Notes: generated by a model from the letters alone, not told the origin. A DNA stretch of 20,341 nucleotides from a candidate division WOR-3 bacterium (GCA_049969615.1 JBMFOM010000025.1:1-20341); one strand, 5' to 3'. Shown: positions 1-8,105, numbered from the stretch's first letter. Translations and numbers: made by a program.

Positions 1-42
1 TGCCCCGGCCGCTATCAGGATAGACAAGAAGATATAAGTCAT
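1..42 (-). CDS. 5' end of a gene running off the window (MTYIFLSILIAAGA...), probably exported or membrane-bound
   Basis: ATG at 42-40, GGAGG RBS at 53-49, hydrophobic signal-like N-terminus, upstream promoter at 123-95. Confidence 0.6.
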   Translation of the reverse strand, partial: MTYIFLSILIAAGA

Positions 43-94
43 AAAACGCCTCCTCTACTTCTCAAGAGCTAAGCCATACATCATACAATCGCAT

Positions 95-123
95 ATTATA
101 ACCGATTTGCCGCGGCCGACCAA
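95..123 (-). promoter_or_regulatory. sigma70-type promoter for the gene starting at 42
   Basis: Minus strand reads TTGGTC (123-118), 17-nt spacer, TATAAT (100-95). Confidence 0.6.
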
Positions 124-452
124 GTCTCACCTGACCCACTTTCAACCCATTCTGGTCTTTGCTGTTTATGAGAAACCCTCAGACAAGGCCATCCCTGTCT
201 GGTGGGATGAGCAACATAAACCTTGCCCTCCTGCTCACGCTCATAACCCCGGCCCGATTGCGAGACCCTTGTGGCACAGGTGTTTACGGGGAACTGAATG
301 TCCCATCTTCAATCCGTGGAGGGCTGAGGTGCGTCGGGTGAGTTCAGGGGCTTCATTGCAGGAGAAGTGAAATTCGCCGAAGCATAACAGCCTAACACAT
401 AGGAGGGATATTTGGAACCCGTTTGCCGCGAAGGATCAATCAAGCGCTCAGT

Positions 453-1448
453 TCACCCCATCCTCCCCGCCCTCCTGAAGAAGAAGAACCCGCCGACGAT
501 GGCGGTCATGTAGACCGTGAAGAACCGCCAGAGCACGATGAAAACCCCAAGGAGGTGCTTTGGACAGAGGGAAGAGAAAACCGCCGCGCCGGCGCCCTCC
601 GCGATACCCGCCGCGCCTGGTGTTGGGGAGTATAAGAGCGCGCCCTGAAGCAACGCTTGCAGGAGAAACGCTTTCAGGGGATCAAATCTGAGCCCGAGGG
701 CCCAGAGCACCGCTGGGACCGTTGACCAGTAGAAGATAAGACAGACCACCGAGAGCGCTATTGTAGCGACCAGGGCCGCAGGCCTCTTTGCCCCGAAGAA
801 CATTCCTATGGCCTTTCGCATCTCCTTCATCTGTTCCACGAAACCCCTGAGAAATCCCTGCGCCTTCTTCCACCGGATCGCTTTCGTGAGGGCCTCCGGG
901 TTTATCAAGGAAAGGAGAAAGACCAGGAAGAAGACCGACGCGATGACCAGGAAATAGATGAGCACTGCCTTGAAGAAACCGGACTGTTCCCTTATCCCGA
1001 AAACCCACAGGGCAAAAGGAGCGGTCCCGAAGACGAAGATGTAGATGAGAAGCCCCCTCAAGACAATTAGCGCGGTACCGGGGCCGGGGTCTATTTTGCC
1101 ATCCTCTCGGAATATCCAGAGCTGATATGGAAGGCCGGAGACCTGGAAAGGGGTAACTACCGCGAGGAACATCCCGGCGGCGATCATGTCCAGAGCGGTT
1201 GAATATGGAAGGTTCTGTCCCAGAGTCTTCGCGAGGAGCCGGGTCCTGAGGCCGTCAGTCAGGAACCAGGCAGTCCAAAGCGCGCCAGCCGCCAATAGCC
1301 CAATTGGCCTTGATTTCTGAAGGGCCTCCCAGGTCAATTTGGGATCAACCGTGAAATAGAGCACGACTATCGCGACCAGGCCGAATATGATCAGGGCTAT
1401 CTGTATTCCCCTTTTGACCTTTTTTAGCTGGGTCTTGTCCACGGGCAT
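453..1448 (-). CDS. Lysylphosphatidylglycerol synthase TM-region / flippase-like membrane protein (UPF0104-like)
   Basis: 331-aa polytopic membrane protein with family-type motifs VTPFQVSGLP, SPTPGAAGIAEG and VLWRFFTVY. Confidence 0.8.
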   Translation of the reverse strand: MPVDKTQLKKVKRGIQIALIIFGLVAIVVLYFTVDPKLTWEALQKSRPIGLLAAGALWTAWFLTDGLRTRLLAKTLGQNLPYSTALDMIAAGMFLAVVTPFQVSGLPYQLWIFREDGKIDPGPGTALIVLRGLLIYIFVFGTAPFALWVFGIREQSGFFKAVLIYFLVIASVFFLVFLLSLINPEALTKAIRWKKAQGFLRGFVEQMKEMRKAIGMFFGAKRPAALVATIALSVVCLIFYWSTVPAVLWALGLRFDPLKAFLLQALLQGALLYSPTPGAAGIAEGAGAAVFSSLCPKHLLGVFIVLWRFFTVYMTAIVGGFFFFRRAGRMG

Positions 1449-1483
1449 AAGGATAAACCACGGGTGCGCCGGGATTCACTCTA

Positions 1484-1526
1484 TGAAACCCATGAAAAAT
1501 CCCGGTTTGTCAGCCTCATCATAGCT
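1484..1526 (+). repeat. Box A plus AGCCTCATCATAGCT module, shared with 19867-19927 (inverted)
   Basis: TGAAACCCATGAAAAATCCCGGTTTGTC (1484-1511) followed by AGCCTCATCATAGCT (1512-1526). The 15-mer is an exact reverse complement of 19867-19881. Confidence 0.75.
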
Positions 1527-1634
1527 AATTGCTCAGTTTATCTCTGGAACCCGGGCGCGGCTCAATCTGGGATCCCTAACAAATACAAGGACTTAGAACC
1601 ATTGCATCAGAATCTGGCCGGTCTCCCCCAGTGT

Positions 1635-1663
1635 TTGATCCTGCGCAGAAGGTGGGTTATAAT
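1635..1663 (+). promoter_or_regulatory. dxs promoter (conserved promoter family, probably leaderless)
   Basis: TTGATC (1635-1640), 17 nt, TATAAT (1658-1663), 6 nt, ATG 1670. No SD sequence. Confidence 0.75.
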
Positions 1664-1669
1664 TTTGGT

Positions 1670-3601
1670 ATGAGCATTCTTGAAAGAATAGACTCTCCCC
1701 GCGACCTCACAAATCTGAGCGTTAAGGAGCTATACGAGCTCGCTGGGGAGATACGGGAAATCCTGATAGATGTCACATCCAGAAACGGCGGCCACCTCGG
1801 ACCGAGCCTGGGAGTAGTTGAACTCACAATAGCCCTCCATTACATATACGACAGCCCAAGGGACAGGATCATCTGGGATGTCGGCCACCAGTCCTACGCG
1901 CACAAGCTCCTCACCGGCAGGAAGGATAGGTTTCACACCCTCAGGCAATTGAACGGGCTTTCTGGTTTCACTAAGCCGGCCGAAAGCCCCCACGATCCCT
2001 TTGGCGCGGGCCACGCCTCCACCGCGATATCGGCCGCGCTTGGCATGGCAATAGCGCGGGACATGGCGGGCGAGGATTACAACATCATAGCCGTTGTTGG
2101 CGACGGCGCGCTGACCGGCGGCATGGCCATGGAGGCCCTGAATCACGCTGGCCACCTGAAAAAGAGGATGCTCCTAATCATCAACGACAACGAGCGTTCC
2201 ATAGCCGAGAATGTTGGCGGGTTGTCAAACTACCTGGCAAAGCTCTCCGGGAACAAGCTCTACAACAAGGTCAGGGAGGACATCAAGGAGTTGCTCGCGT
2301 CCATACCGGACAATCCGGTGAGCCGGAAGGCAAAGACCGTCGCGTGGAAGATGAAGGAATCCCTGAAAAACCTGATGATCCCGACGGTCATATTTGAGGA
2401 GCTGGGTTGGAGATATTTCGGGCCGGTCGGTGGCCATGATCTAGATCAGCTCATTGACATACTTGAGCATGTCAGATATTTCACGGATGGGCCGGTTGTG
2501 GTCCATGCGATAACCCAGAAAGGCAGGGGGTACGAACCCGCGATGCGGAACCCGGAGCTGTTCCACGGCATCGGGCCGTTCATAAAGGAGACCGGCGAAC
2601 CCATAAAGAAACCCGGCCCCCCCGCCTACTCACAGGTCTATGGTGATGCCATTGTCAGAGCGGCCGAAAGGGACGAGAGGGTTGTGGCCATCACCGCGGC
2701 GATGTGCCTCGGGACTGGGTTAGCCAACTTCAGGGAACGTTTCCCGGAAAGGCTCTTTGATGTTGGGATAGCGGAACAACACGCTGTTACCTCATCCGCG
2801 GCCATGGCCATGTCAGGGCTCATTCCCTTCTGCACCATATATTCAACCTTTTTGCAGAGGGCCTTTGACCAGATAATCCACGATGTGGCCCTGCACAAGG
2901 CGCCTGTTAGGTTTGCCCTGGACAGGGCTGGCCTGGTTGGTGACGATGGCCCCACCCACCACGGAACCTTTGACATCGCATACCTGAGGATGGTGCCGGA
3001 CATTGTCATCATGGCGCCGAAAGACGAGGACGAGCTCTCTGACATGGTCTGGACAATGGTCCATCACGATCAGGGGCCAATATCCGTCAGATACCCGCGG
3101 GGCACGGGGCCGGGCGTCCCGGTTAAGGAGGAGCCAGAGCTCATACCCATCGGAAGCTGGGAGGTCCTGAGGCCCGGCTCTGACCTAGCGATAATCGCTA
3201 CCGGCGCTATGGTTTATCCGGCGCTGGATGCGGCCGCTGAGCTTGAAAAGGACGGGGTTTCCGCAGAGGTGATCAACGCCAGGTTCATAAAACCCATGGA
3301 CGAAGAGCTCCTTCTGGCGCTTGTGGAGGGCGGTCCAATGGCATGGATCACCGTGGAGGAGGGAGTTCTGGCAGGGGGGTTTGGCGCCGGAGTAGCTGAG
3401 TTCCTTGAGGCAAAAGGTCTGCTCAACAAGATAAAACTGAGGCGCATCGGCCTTCCGGACCGGTTCATCACCCATGGATCAAGGGCTGAACTCCTCAGGA
3501 TGACGGGTCTGGATAGCCTGGGCATAACCGAAACAGCCAGGGAGTTCCTATGGCAGAAAAAAGGTGCCCGAGCTGTGGCACGAGTAAAACGGAGATCGTG
3601 A
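1670..3601 (+). CDS. dxs: 1-deoxy-D-xylulose-5-phosphate synthase
   Basis: Motifs GGHLGPSLGVVELT, IWDVGHQSY, GHASTAIS, GDGALTGG, DVGIAEQHA and GDDGPTHHG. Start moved from GTG 1631 to ATG 1670 (MSILERI...) because 1631-1663 is the promoter. Confidence 0.97.
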   Translation: MSILERIDSPRDLTNLSVKELYELAGEIREILIDVTSRNGGHLGPSLGVVELTIALHYIYDSPRDRIIWDVGHQSYAHKLLTGRKDRFHTLRQLNGLSGFTKPAESPHDPFGAGHASTAISAALGMAIARDMAGEDYNIIAVVGDGALTGGMAMEALNHAGHLKKRMLLIINDNERSIAENVGGLSNYLAKLSGNKLYNKVREDIKELLASIPDNPVSRKAKTVAWKMKESLKNLMIPTVIFEELGWRYFGPVGGHDLDQLIDILEHVRYFTDGPVVVHAITQKGRGYEPAMRNPELFHGIGPFIKETGEPIKKPGPPAYSQVYGDAIVRAAERDERVVAITAAMCLGTGLANFRERFPERLFDVGIAEQHAVTSSAAMAMSGLIPFCTIYSTFLQRAFDQIIHDVALHKAPVRFALDRAGLVGDDGPTHHGTFDIAYLRMVPDIVIMAPKDEDELSDMVWTMVHHDQGPISVRYPRGTGPGVPVKEEPELIPIGSWEVLRPGSDLAIIATGAMVYPALDAAAELEKDGVSAEVINARFIKPMDEELLLALVEGGPMAWITVEEGVLAGGFGAGVAEFLEAKGLLNKIKLRRIGLPDRFITHGSRAELLRMTGLDSLGITETAREFLWQKKGARAVARVKRRS

Positions 3602-3852
3602 GAGGCAGGGCTGGGTGTCCCCAGTGCTTCTCGGCTTTCAGGAAGGAAATTCAGGGTTTTCTCGGCTCAAGATTTGGCTCATTCACCTATCCGGGCGAAC
3701 CATATTTCAGGGACCCGGAATCCAGGGACATTGCCCGTCGTGTGGAGGAACTCCACGAGGCTCTCATGCTCGCTGTCCAAGAGGAGGACTACGAGCGCGC
3801 CGCGAGCCTCCGCGATGAGATAGAGGGCCTGAGAAAACGGCTTGTGAGATGA
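3550..3852 (+). CDS. Short McsA-like protein (two CxxC motifs plus a UvrB/UvrC coiled-coil motif)
   Basis: CPSCG...GRAGCPQCFSAF and LHEALMLAVQEEDYERAASLRDEI. GGAG precedes the ATG. Overlaps the dxs 3' end by 52 nt and is coupled (ATGA) to the next gene. Confidence 0.8.
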   Translation: MAEKRCPSCGTSKTEIVRGRAGCPQCFSAFRKEIQGFLGSRFGSFTYPGEPYFRDPESRDIARRVEELHEALMLAVQEEDYERAASLRDEIEGLRKRLVR

Positions 3853-4874
3853 AGGATATCCGGAGGATCGCGGAGGAGAGGCCTGAGTGGGTTTCGGCCA
3901 CGGGCTTGTATTCAGAAACGGTGATATATTCAGGGGTGGAGGTTGCGCGCTCCCTTGCTGGCGTCAAATTCTGGCCCAAGGCGGGCATTGGAAAGGGGAA
4001 ACAGAAGAGGGCCGCATCAAGGGCCATCGCGACTGCCTTTGGTCCAGAGGCGAGGTTTTCCGAACCAGAAAAAAGCGTAATGAGCGTCATATGGGAGAAA
4101 TACCCTTACATGAAAGGGGCCTCAATTGTTTTCTCCGGACGCGGAGGATTGCACGTCAGCGTGGGGCCGCGCGAGACCCTCAGGTTCTATTCGTATTCCG
4201 GAGGCGCGATCAGCGAATCCGTGTTCAGTAGGGCCACGGAGGCCGCGGAATCAGCCGGGCGAGCCGTGGAATTCGCTTACGATCCTGAGCTCGGCTTTCT
4301 CAACCCAAACCTTGAGGAGGTTGGATCCGGCCTCTGCTTCAGGGCCCTCCTGCACCTTCCTGGCATGACCCACACAGACGAGCTGGTTTTCCTGCGCGAG
4401 AGCCTGGAAAGGACTGGAGTAAAAACCAATGGGTTTTTCAGGGGATGGCCAAAACCGCGCGGCTGTTTGGTTAACATAACATATAGGCCCGGCCCCGGGG
4501 TCTGTCCGGCCGATGCCCAAGGTTCCTTCCACGAGATAATTCTGTTTGTCATTGATCAGGAGAAGGAGGCTAGGTCCGTCATGGTCGCGTCAGCAGAGGC
4601 CATACTGGAGGACAGGGCCATGAGGGCGCTGGCTACCCTGGGGGCCGCGAGGGTCATGGGATACGAGGAGCTGGCCGATATGATCTCATGGGTTAGGCTG
4701 GGAATCGCCATAGGCGCGCTTGAACCCATGCCGGTCCGGGAGATGAACGCGCTGTTGTTCCTGTCTGGCAGGTATCACATGCAAGCGATGGCAGGGAAAA
4801 AGCTCATCGAGCTTGAAGAGGACATAATGCGCGCCTCGTTCGTGAGGGCAGTTGTGGGGAGCTGGAGGGACTAA
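3849..4874 (+). CDS. McsB-like ATP:guanido phosphotransferase homolog with a degenerate active site
   Basis: Colinear similarity to McsB as recalled: FAYDPELGFL, LLHLPGM, IDQEKEAR, LEDRAMRA, SWVRLGI, EDIMRA. Lies directly after the McsA-like gene. Catalytic motifs are altered (see findings). Confidence 0.8.
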   Translation: MKDIRRIAEERPEWVSATGLYSETVIYSGVEVARSLAGVKFWPKAGIGKGKQKRAASRAIATAFGPEARFSEPEKSVMSVIWEKYPYMKGASIVFSGRGGLHVSVGPRETLRFYSYSGGAISESVFSRATEAAESAGRAVEFAYDPELGFLNPNLEEVGSGLCFRALLHLPGMTHTDELVFLRESLERTGVKTNGFFRGWPKPRGCLVNITYRPGPGVCPADAQGSFHEIILFVIDQEKEARSVMVASAEAILEDRAMRALATLGAARVMGYEELADMISWVRLGIAIGALEPMPVREMNALLFLSGRYHMQAMAGKKLIELEEDIMRASFVRAVVGSWRD

Positions 4875-4884
4875 TCGTTCGGTT

Positions 4885-5050
4885 CCTGATTACATCGTGG
4901 TTTTAACCAGCTCTTGTGGCAGACTGTAAGCCTTGAGTTATCAAGAGCGTCAGCTCAGGATGAGAGGAGGTTCGCGGGCCGGGGGCAAGAATTGAGCTTC
5001 CTGAGTTGTGACAAGTGCCACGGACATTCTGAGACCATTTGAGAATCAGG
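4885..5050 (+). ncRNA. Candidate long irregular hairpin RNA (rod-like, 6S-like size), unassigned
   Basis: Nested complementary segments 4885-4891/5044-5050, 4898-4904/5031-5037, 4916-4921/5016-5021 and 4951-4960/4999-5008. G-U pairs favour the + strand. Confidence 0.35.
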
Positions 5051-5074
5051 CAGGTCTCAACCTGCGGTTGGGCA

Positions 5075-5119
5075 AGCACAGAACCGATAAGATCCTCAAG
5101 CGATAACGCAGGAGAGACC
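5075..5119 (-). repeat. 45-bp post-stop-codon element, copy 1
   Basis: Reverse complement matches 16800-16844 at 36/45 positions, ungapped (hand count). Confidence 0.75.
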
Positions 5120-5124
5120 GGCCC

Positions 5125-6414
5125 CTACAGAACCACCACCCTATAAAGCCCCGCGTGGCCCGCTATTTTCACCCGGAGGTAATAGATCCCAGGCCCCAGC
5201 CCACCCACGGGGATCCTTACCTCTTCCCCTTGGTTGACTTCCCCGGCTATGGCATAAGCCTTTACCCCATCTACCCTATAAAGCCTACAATCCATGAAAC
5301 CCCCCAGGCCCGCGGTGAACCTTATGTAGCCCCCGGACTGGGATGGGCCATTGAGGATGATGGAGCCGAGAAGGAGGCCAGGCAAAGGCAGGGAATCAGA
5401 GGGAGGAGGTCCCCCTGTGTCGCTGGGGATAGCTCCGCGGGCAACCCGGACGACGCTGTCCTGAGAACCTACATAAGCGATGAATATGTTTTGGCTATCA
5501 GTAGCCGCTATGGAGCTGGTTGAAATTGAGCGCACGGTATCCACGAAATAATAAGTGGTCCCGCGAATCAGGTAAGGAAAGCGGTCGTCCTGCCCTATAG
5601 CGCTTAGCAGGTAAGAACCTACCTTGCAGATGTCCGGTCCCCAGAAAAGCCCCTTTATGGTATCGTTCATGGGCCAGGTCCTTATGTAGTCGCACTCATA
5701 CTTGGGGTTGTAATAAACGAGAAAGCTTCCCTCGCAAGCCATATCGTCCACCCGCTGGCCGCAGGGGCTATACTCATAGTACTGGTAATACTCATACTCA
5801 AAGCCGTCATATTCGTAGGAGCAGCTGTTGGGCACGGGGGCGTCTTTCTTGTAGTAATAGCTATCCGTGAAGATACTATAGTACACGACTCCAGAGGAGG
5901 ATACACTCACAGGCCCGCGCACGGAATAGGTGTATCTGTAGTAAAAAGGGGGATCAGGAGGGTAATACTGAACATAAGAGGAATCCACTATGGTCACGGT
6001 GAAGCTTCCAAGGGTATCGCCAACCCCTCTGTAGATCTTCTCAGGATAAAAAGAACAAAAACCAATGATTGGGTTATTCAGGACCAACAGGTCGTAATTC
6101 TCGCTAATGTATCCCAGGCTCTTTTTGAACCAAACCGATCCCGTTGATGAGCGATGGTAATAGGTCAGATTCCGTCCCGCCAAAACATGCAGGCCTTTGT
6201 CAGACTTCCCCACCCTGAGAACAGGCGGACTAGTGCATGTCCCTAGTGTCTCGCTCGGCCACGAGTCTCCCTCAAACCAGGAGTGGATTAGACTGCCTCC
6301 ACCCTGATAAACCAGATGAACTGTCCCTCCACTATCAACAGCGAGGGCCTCCGGGGTTATGTTCCCCCGGCCAAAACTCCACACCTGCCAAGCTCCGCAG
6401 AGAATCCACGCCAT
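5125..6414 (-). CDS. Secreted Tyr-rich protein with a T9SS type-A-like C-terminal sorting domain
   Basis: GGAGG RBS before ATG 6414. Beta-propeller-like segment LAVDSGGTVHLVY. Pro-rich linker followed by a C-terminus ending LGPGIYYLRV...LYRVVVL. Confidence 0.65.
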   Translation of the reverse strand: MAWILCGAWQVWSFGRGNITPEALAVDSGGTVHLVYQGGGSLIHSWFEGDSWPSETLGTCTSPPVLRVGKSDKGLHVLAGRNLTYYHRSSTGSVWFKKSLGYISENYDLLVLNNPIIGFCSFYPEKIYRGVGDTLGSFTVTIVDSSYVQYYPPDPPFYYRYTYSVRGPVSVSSSGVVYYSIFTDSYYYKKDAPVPNSCSYEYDGFEYEYYQYYEYSPCGQRVDDMACEGSFLVYYNPKYECDYIRTWPMNDTIKGLFWGPDICKVGSYLLSAIGQDDRFPYLIRGTTYYFVDTVRSISTSSIAATDSQNIFIAYVGSQDSVVRVARGAIPSDTGGPPPSDSLPLPGLLLGSIILNGPSQSGGYIRFTAGLGGFMDCRLYRVDGVKAYAIAGEVNQGEEVRIPVGGLGPGIYYLRVKIAGHAGLYRVVVL

Positions 6415-6470
6415 ATTTACCTCCAGCAAAATGTTAAAGCTTTCAGAGGAACCCGCGCAAGCTCTCGCGC

Positions 6471-6500
6471 TTGAAACGGCCTCCCGGCTGGCCTTACAAT
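6471..6500 (+). promoter_or_regulatory. Putative promoter of the rplM operon
   Basis: TTGAAA (6471-6476), 18 nt, TACAAT (6495-6500). Confidence 0.55.
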
Positions 6501-6533
6501 TTTGGCTCTCAGCGAAAGTGGAGATGTATTAGT

Positions 6534-6980
6534 ATGAAAACCTATCTGCCGAAAGCCGAGGAGATTGAGGCTGGGCGTTGCTGGCACCTTGTTGATGCCA
6601 AGGGCCAGACCCTTGGCCGTCTCGCTTCGGCTGTAGCACAACTGCTAACAGGCAAGAGAAAACCCATATGGGCCCCGCACCTGGATGTCGGGGATTATGT
6701 TGTGGTCATAAATGCCAGCCAGATCGTTCTCACAGGAAGAAAGTGGGACGACAAGAAGTATTATTCCCATTCCGGTTATCCAGGAGGGCTTCGGGAGCGC
6801 ACAGCCCGGCAGTTGGCTGAGAGGCACCCCGGCTGGTTGATATGGCTCGCTACAAAGAGGATGCTTCCCAGGAACAGACTGGGCAGGAAAATGGCGAGGA
6901 GACTAAAGGTATACTCGGGTTCGGATCACCCTCATGTCGCTCAGTCTCCCAAACCGGTTGATCTGAAGGAGTTCTTTTGA
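6534..6980 (+). CDS. rplM: 50S ribosomal protein L13
   Basis: MKTYLPK...WHLVDAKGQTLGRLAS, GDYVVVINA, HSGYPGGL and MLPRNRLGR. Start placed at ATG 6534. Confidence 0.97.
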   Translation: MKTYLPKAEEIEAGRCWHLVDAKGQTLGRLASAVAQLLTGKRKPIWAPHLDVGDYVVVINASQIVLTGRKWDDKKYYSHSGYPGGLRERTARQLAERHPGWLIWLATKRMLPRNRLGRKMARRLKVYSGSDHPHVAQSPKPVDLKEFF

Positions 6981-7378
6981 TGGAAGATAGACGTTTCGTT
7001 TTTGCGGCAGGCTCACGCAAGAGGGCGAGGGCGAGGGCGAGGGTCAAAGAGCCTGGCCACGGCTGGGTCTATGTCAACGGAAAGAGGCCCCTCGCTTACT
7101 TTGGCCGTGAAGACCTCGTGTTGGTGGCCACTGAGCCCCTCTCCAAAACCGGCGTCGCTGGCAAGGTTGATGTCGCGGTAAAGCTAGAGGGCGGCGGGCT
7201 TTCGGGCCAGGCCGGAGCCATGAGGCTCGCCATTTCCAGATGCCTGGCGCAGATGGATGTCCGCTATCGCGAGATACTCAAAAAAGAAGGGTTCATGGGC
7301 CGTGATCCCAGGGAAAAAGAGAGGATGAAGTATGGAAGAACCAAGAGAAGGCGCAGTTGGCAATACTCCAAGCGCTGA
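6980..7378 (+). CDS. rpsI: 30S ribosomal protein S9
   Basis: GGGLSGQAGAMRLAISR, RDPREKERMKYG and a QYSKR end. ATG overlaps the rplM stop (TGATG). Confidence 0.96.
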   Translation: MEDRRFVFAAGSRKRARARARVKEPGHGWVYVNGKRPLAYFGREDLVLVATEPLSKTGVAGKVDVAVKLEGGGLSGQAGAMRLAISRCLAQMDVRYREILKKEGFMGRDPREKERMKYGRTKRRRSWQYSKR

Positions 7379-7379
7379 C

Positions 7380-8105
7380 CTGGCGCCTGTGTCCCTGAAG
7401 AGCCTCCTGGAAGCAGGGGTTCATTTTGGCCACCCTCGGCAGAGGTGGAATCCCAAGATGAGGGAGTTCATATTCACCGAGAGGGGCGGGGTTCACATAA
7501 TTGACCTGAGAAAGACCCTCCCCCTTCTCCTGGCGGCCTATGACAAGATGAGGGATGTTGCCTTCAGGGGTGGGAACATTCTGTTCGTGGGGACCAAAAA
7601 ACAAGCCAGGGAAGTTGTCAGGGAGGAAGCCGAGCGCGCCGGTGTCTTCCATGTCACGGAGCGCTGGCCTGGGGGTCTACTGACTAACTTTGAAACCATC
7701 AGAAAGCGCCTTACCCGGATGCGTGAGCTGGAGGAACTAGTCTCAGAGATGGAGGGACTAAGGGCAGGGGGCAAAACCCTTCCCTATACCAAGAAGGAGC
7801 TCTCCCTGATGGAAAAGGAGCTCTACAAGCTCCAAAGGCTATTCGGTGGCATAAGGGATATGGAGGTCATGCCTGATATCATGTTTGTCGTGGATGTGGT
7901 TCAGGAAGACATAGCCATCAGGGAGGCCAGGAAGCTTGGCATCCCCATAACTGCCCTTCTGGACACGAATTCAGACCCCACTATTGTGGATTATCCAATT
8001 CCCGGAAACGACGATGCCATCCGCTCAATAAAGCTCGTGACCGAGACAATGGCCAACGCGGTTCTTGAGGGCAGGGGAGGAAAACAACCGCTGAGGAGTC
8101 AGTGA
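7380..8105 (+). CDS. rpsB: 30S ribosomal protein S2 (start uncertain: CTG 7380 or GTG 7389)
   Basis: LLEAGVHFGH, WNPKM, LFVGTKKQA, RWPGGLLTNF, DTNSDP and PGNDDAIRSI. Confidence 0.96.
   Translation: MAPVSLKSLLEAGVHFGHPRQRWNPKMREFIFTERGGVHIIDLRKTLPLLLAAYDKMRDVAFRGGNILFVGTKKQAREVVREEAERAGVFHVTERWPGGLLTNFETIRKRLTRMRELEELVSEMEGLRAGGKTLPYTKKELSLMEKELYKLQRLFGGIRDMEVMPDIMFVVDVVQEDIAIREARKLGIPITALLDTNSDPTIVDYPIPGNDDAIRSIKLVTETMANAVLEGRGGKQPLRSQ

Noticed and set aside
107-370. Short + strand ORFs (87 aa and 60 aa, including MSNINLALLLTLITP...)
   Set aside because: No recognisable family, RBS or promoter, and they overlap inverted-repeat DNA. A small peptide cannot be fully excluded.
1631-1669. N-terminal extensions from the ORF track for dxs (also 12552, 19838, 14559, 6471, 9812, 16527 and 6429)
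   Set aside because: These run through promoter or RBS sequence, and downstream starts fit family N-termini or SD spacing better.
7021-7043. GAGGGC hexamer repeated about 4 times in rpsI (RARARAR)
   Set aside because: In frame and S9 length is normal, so there is no sign of phase variation.
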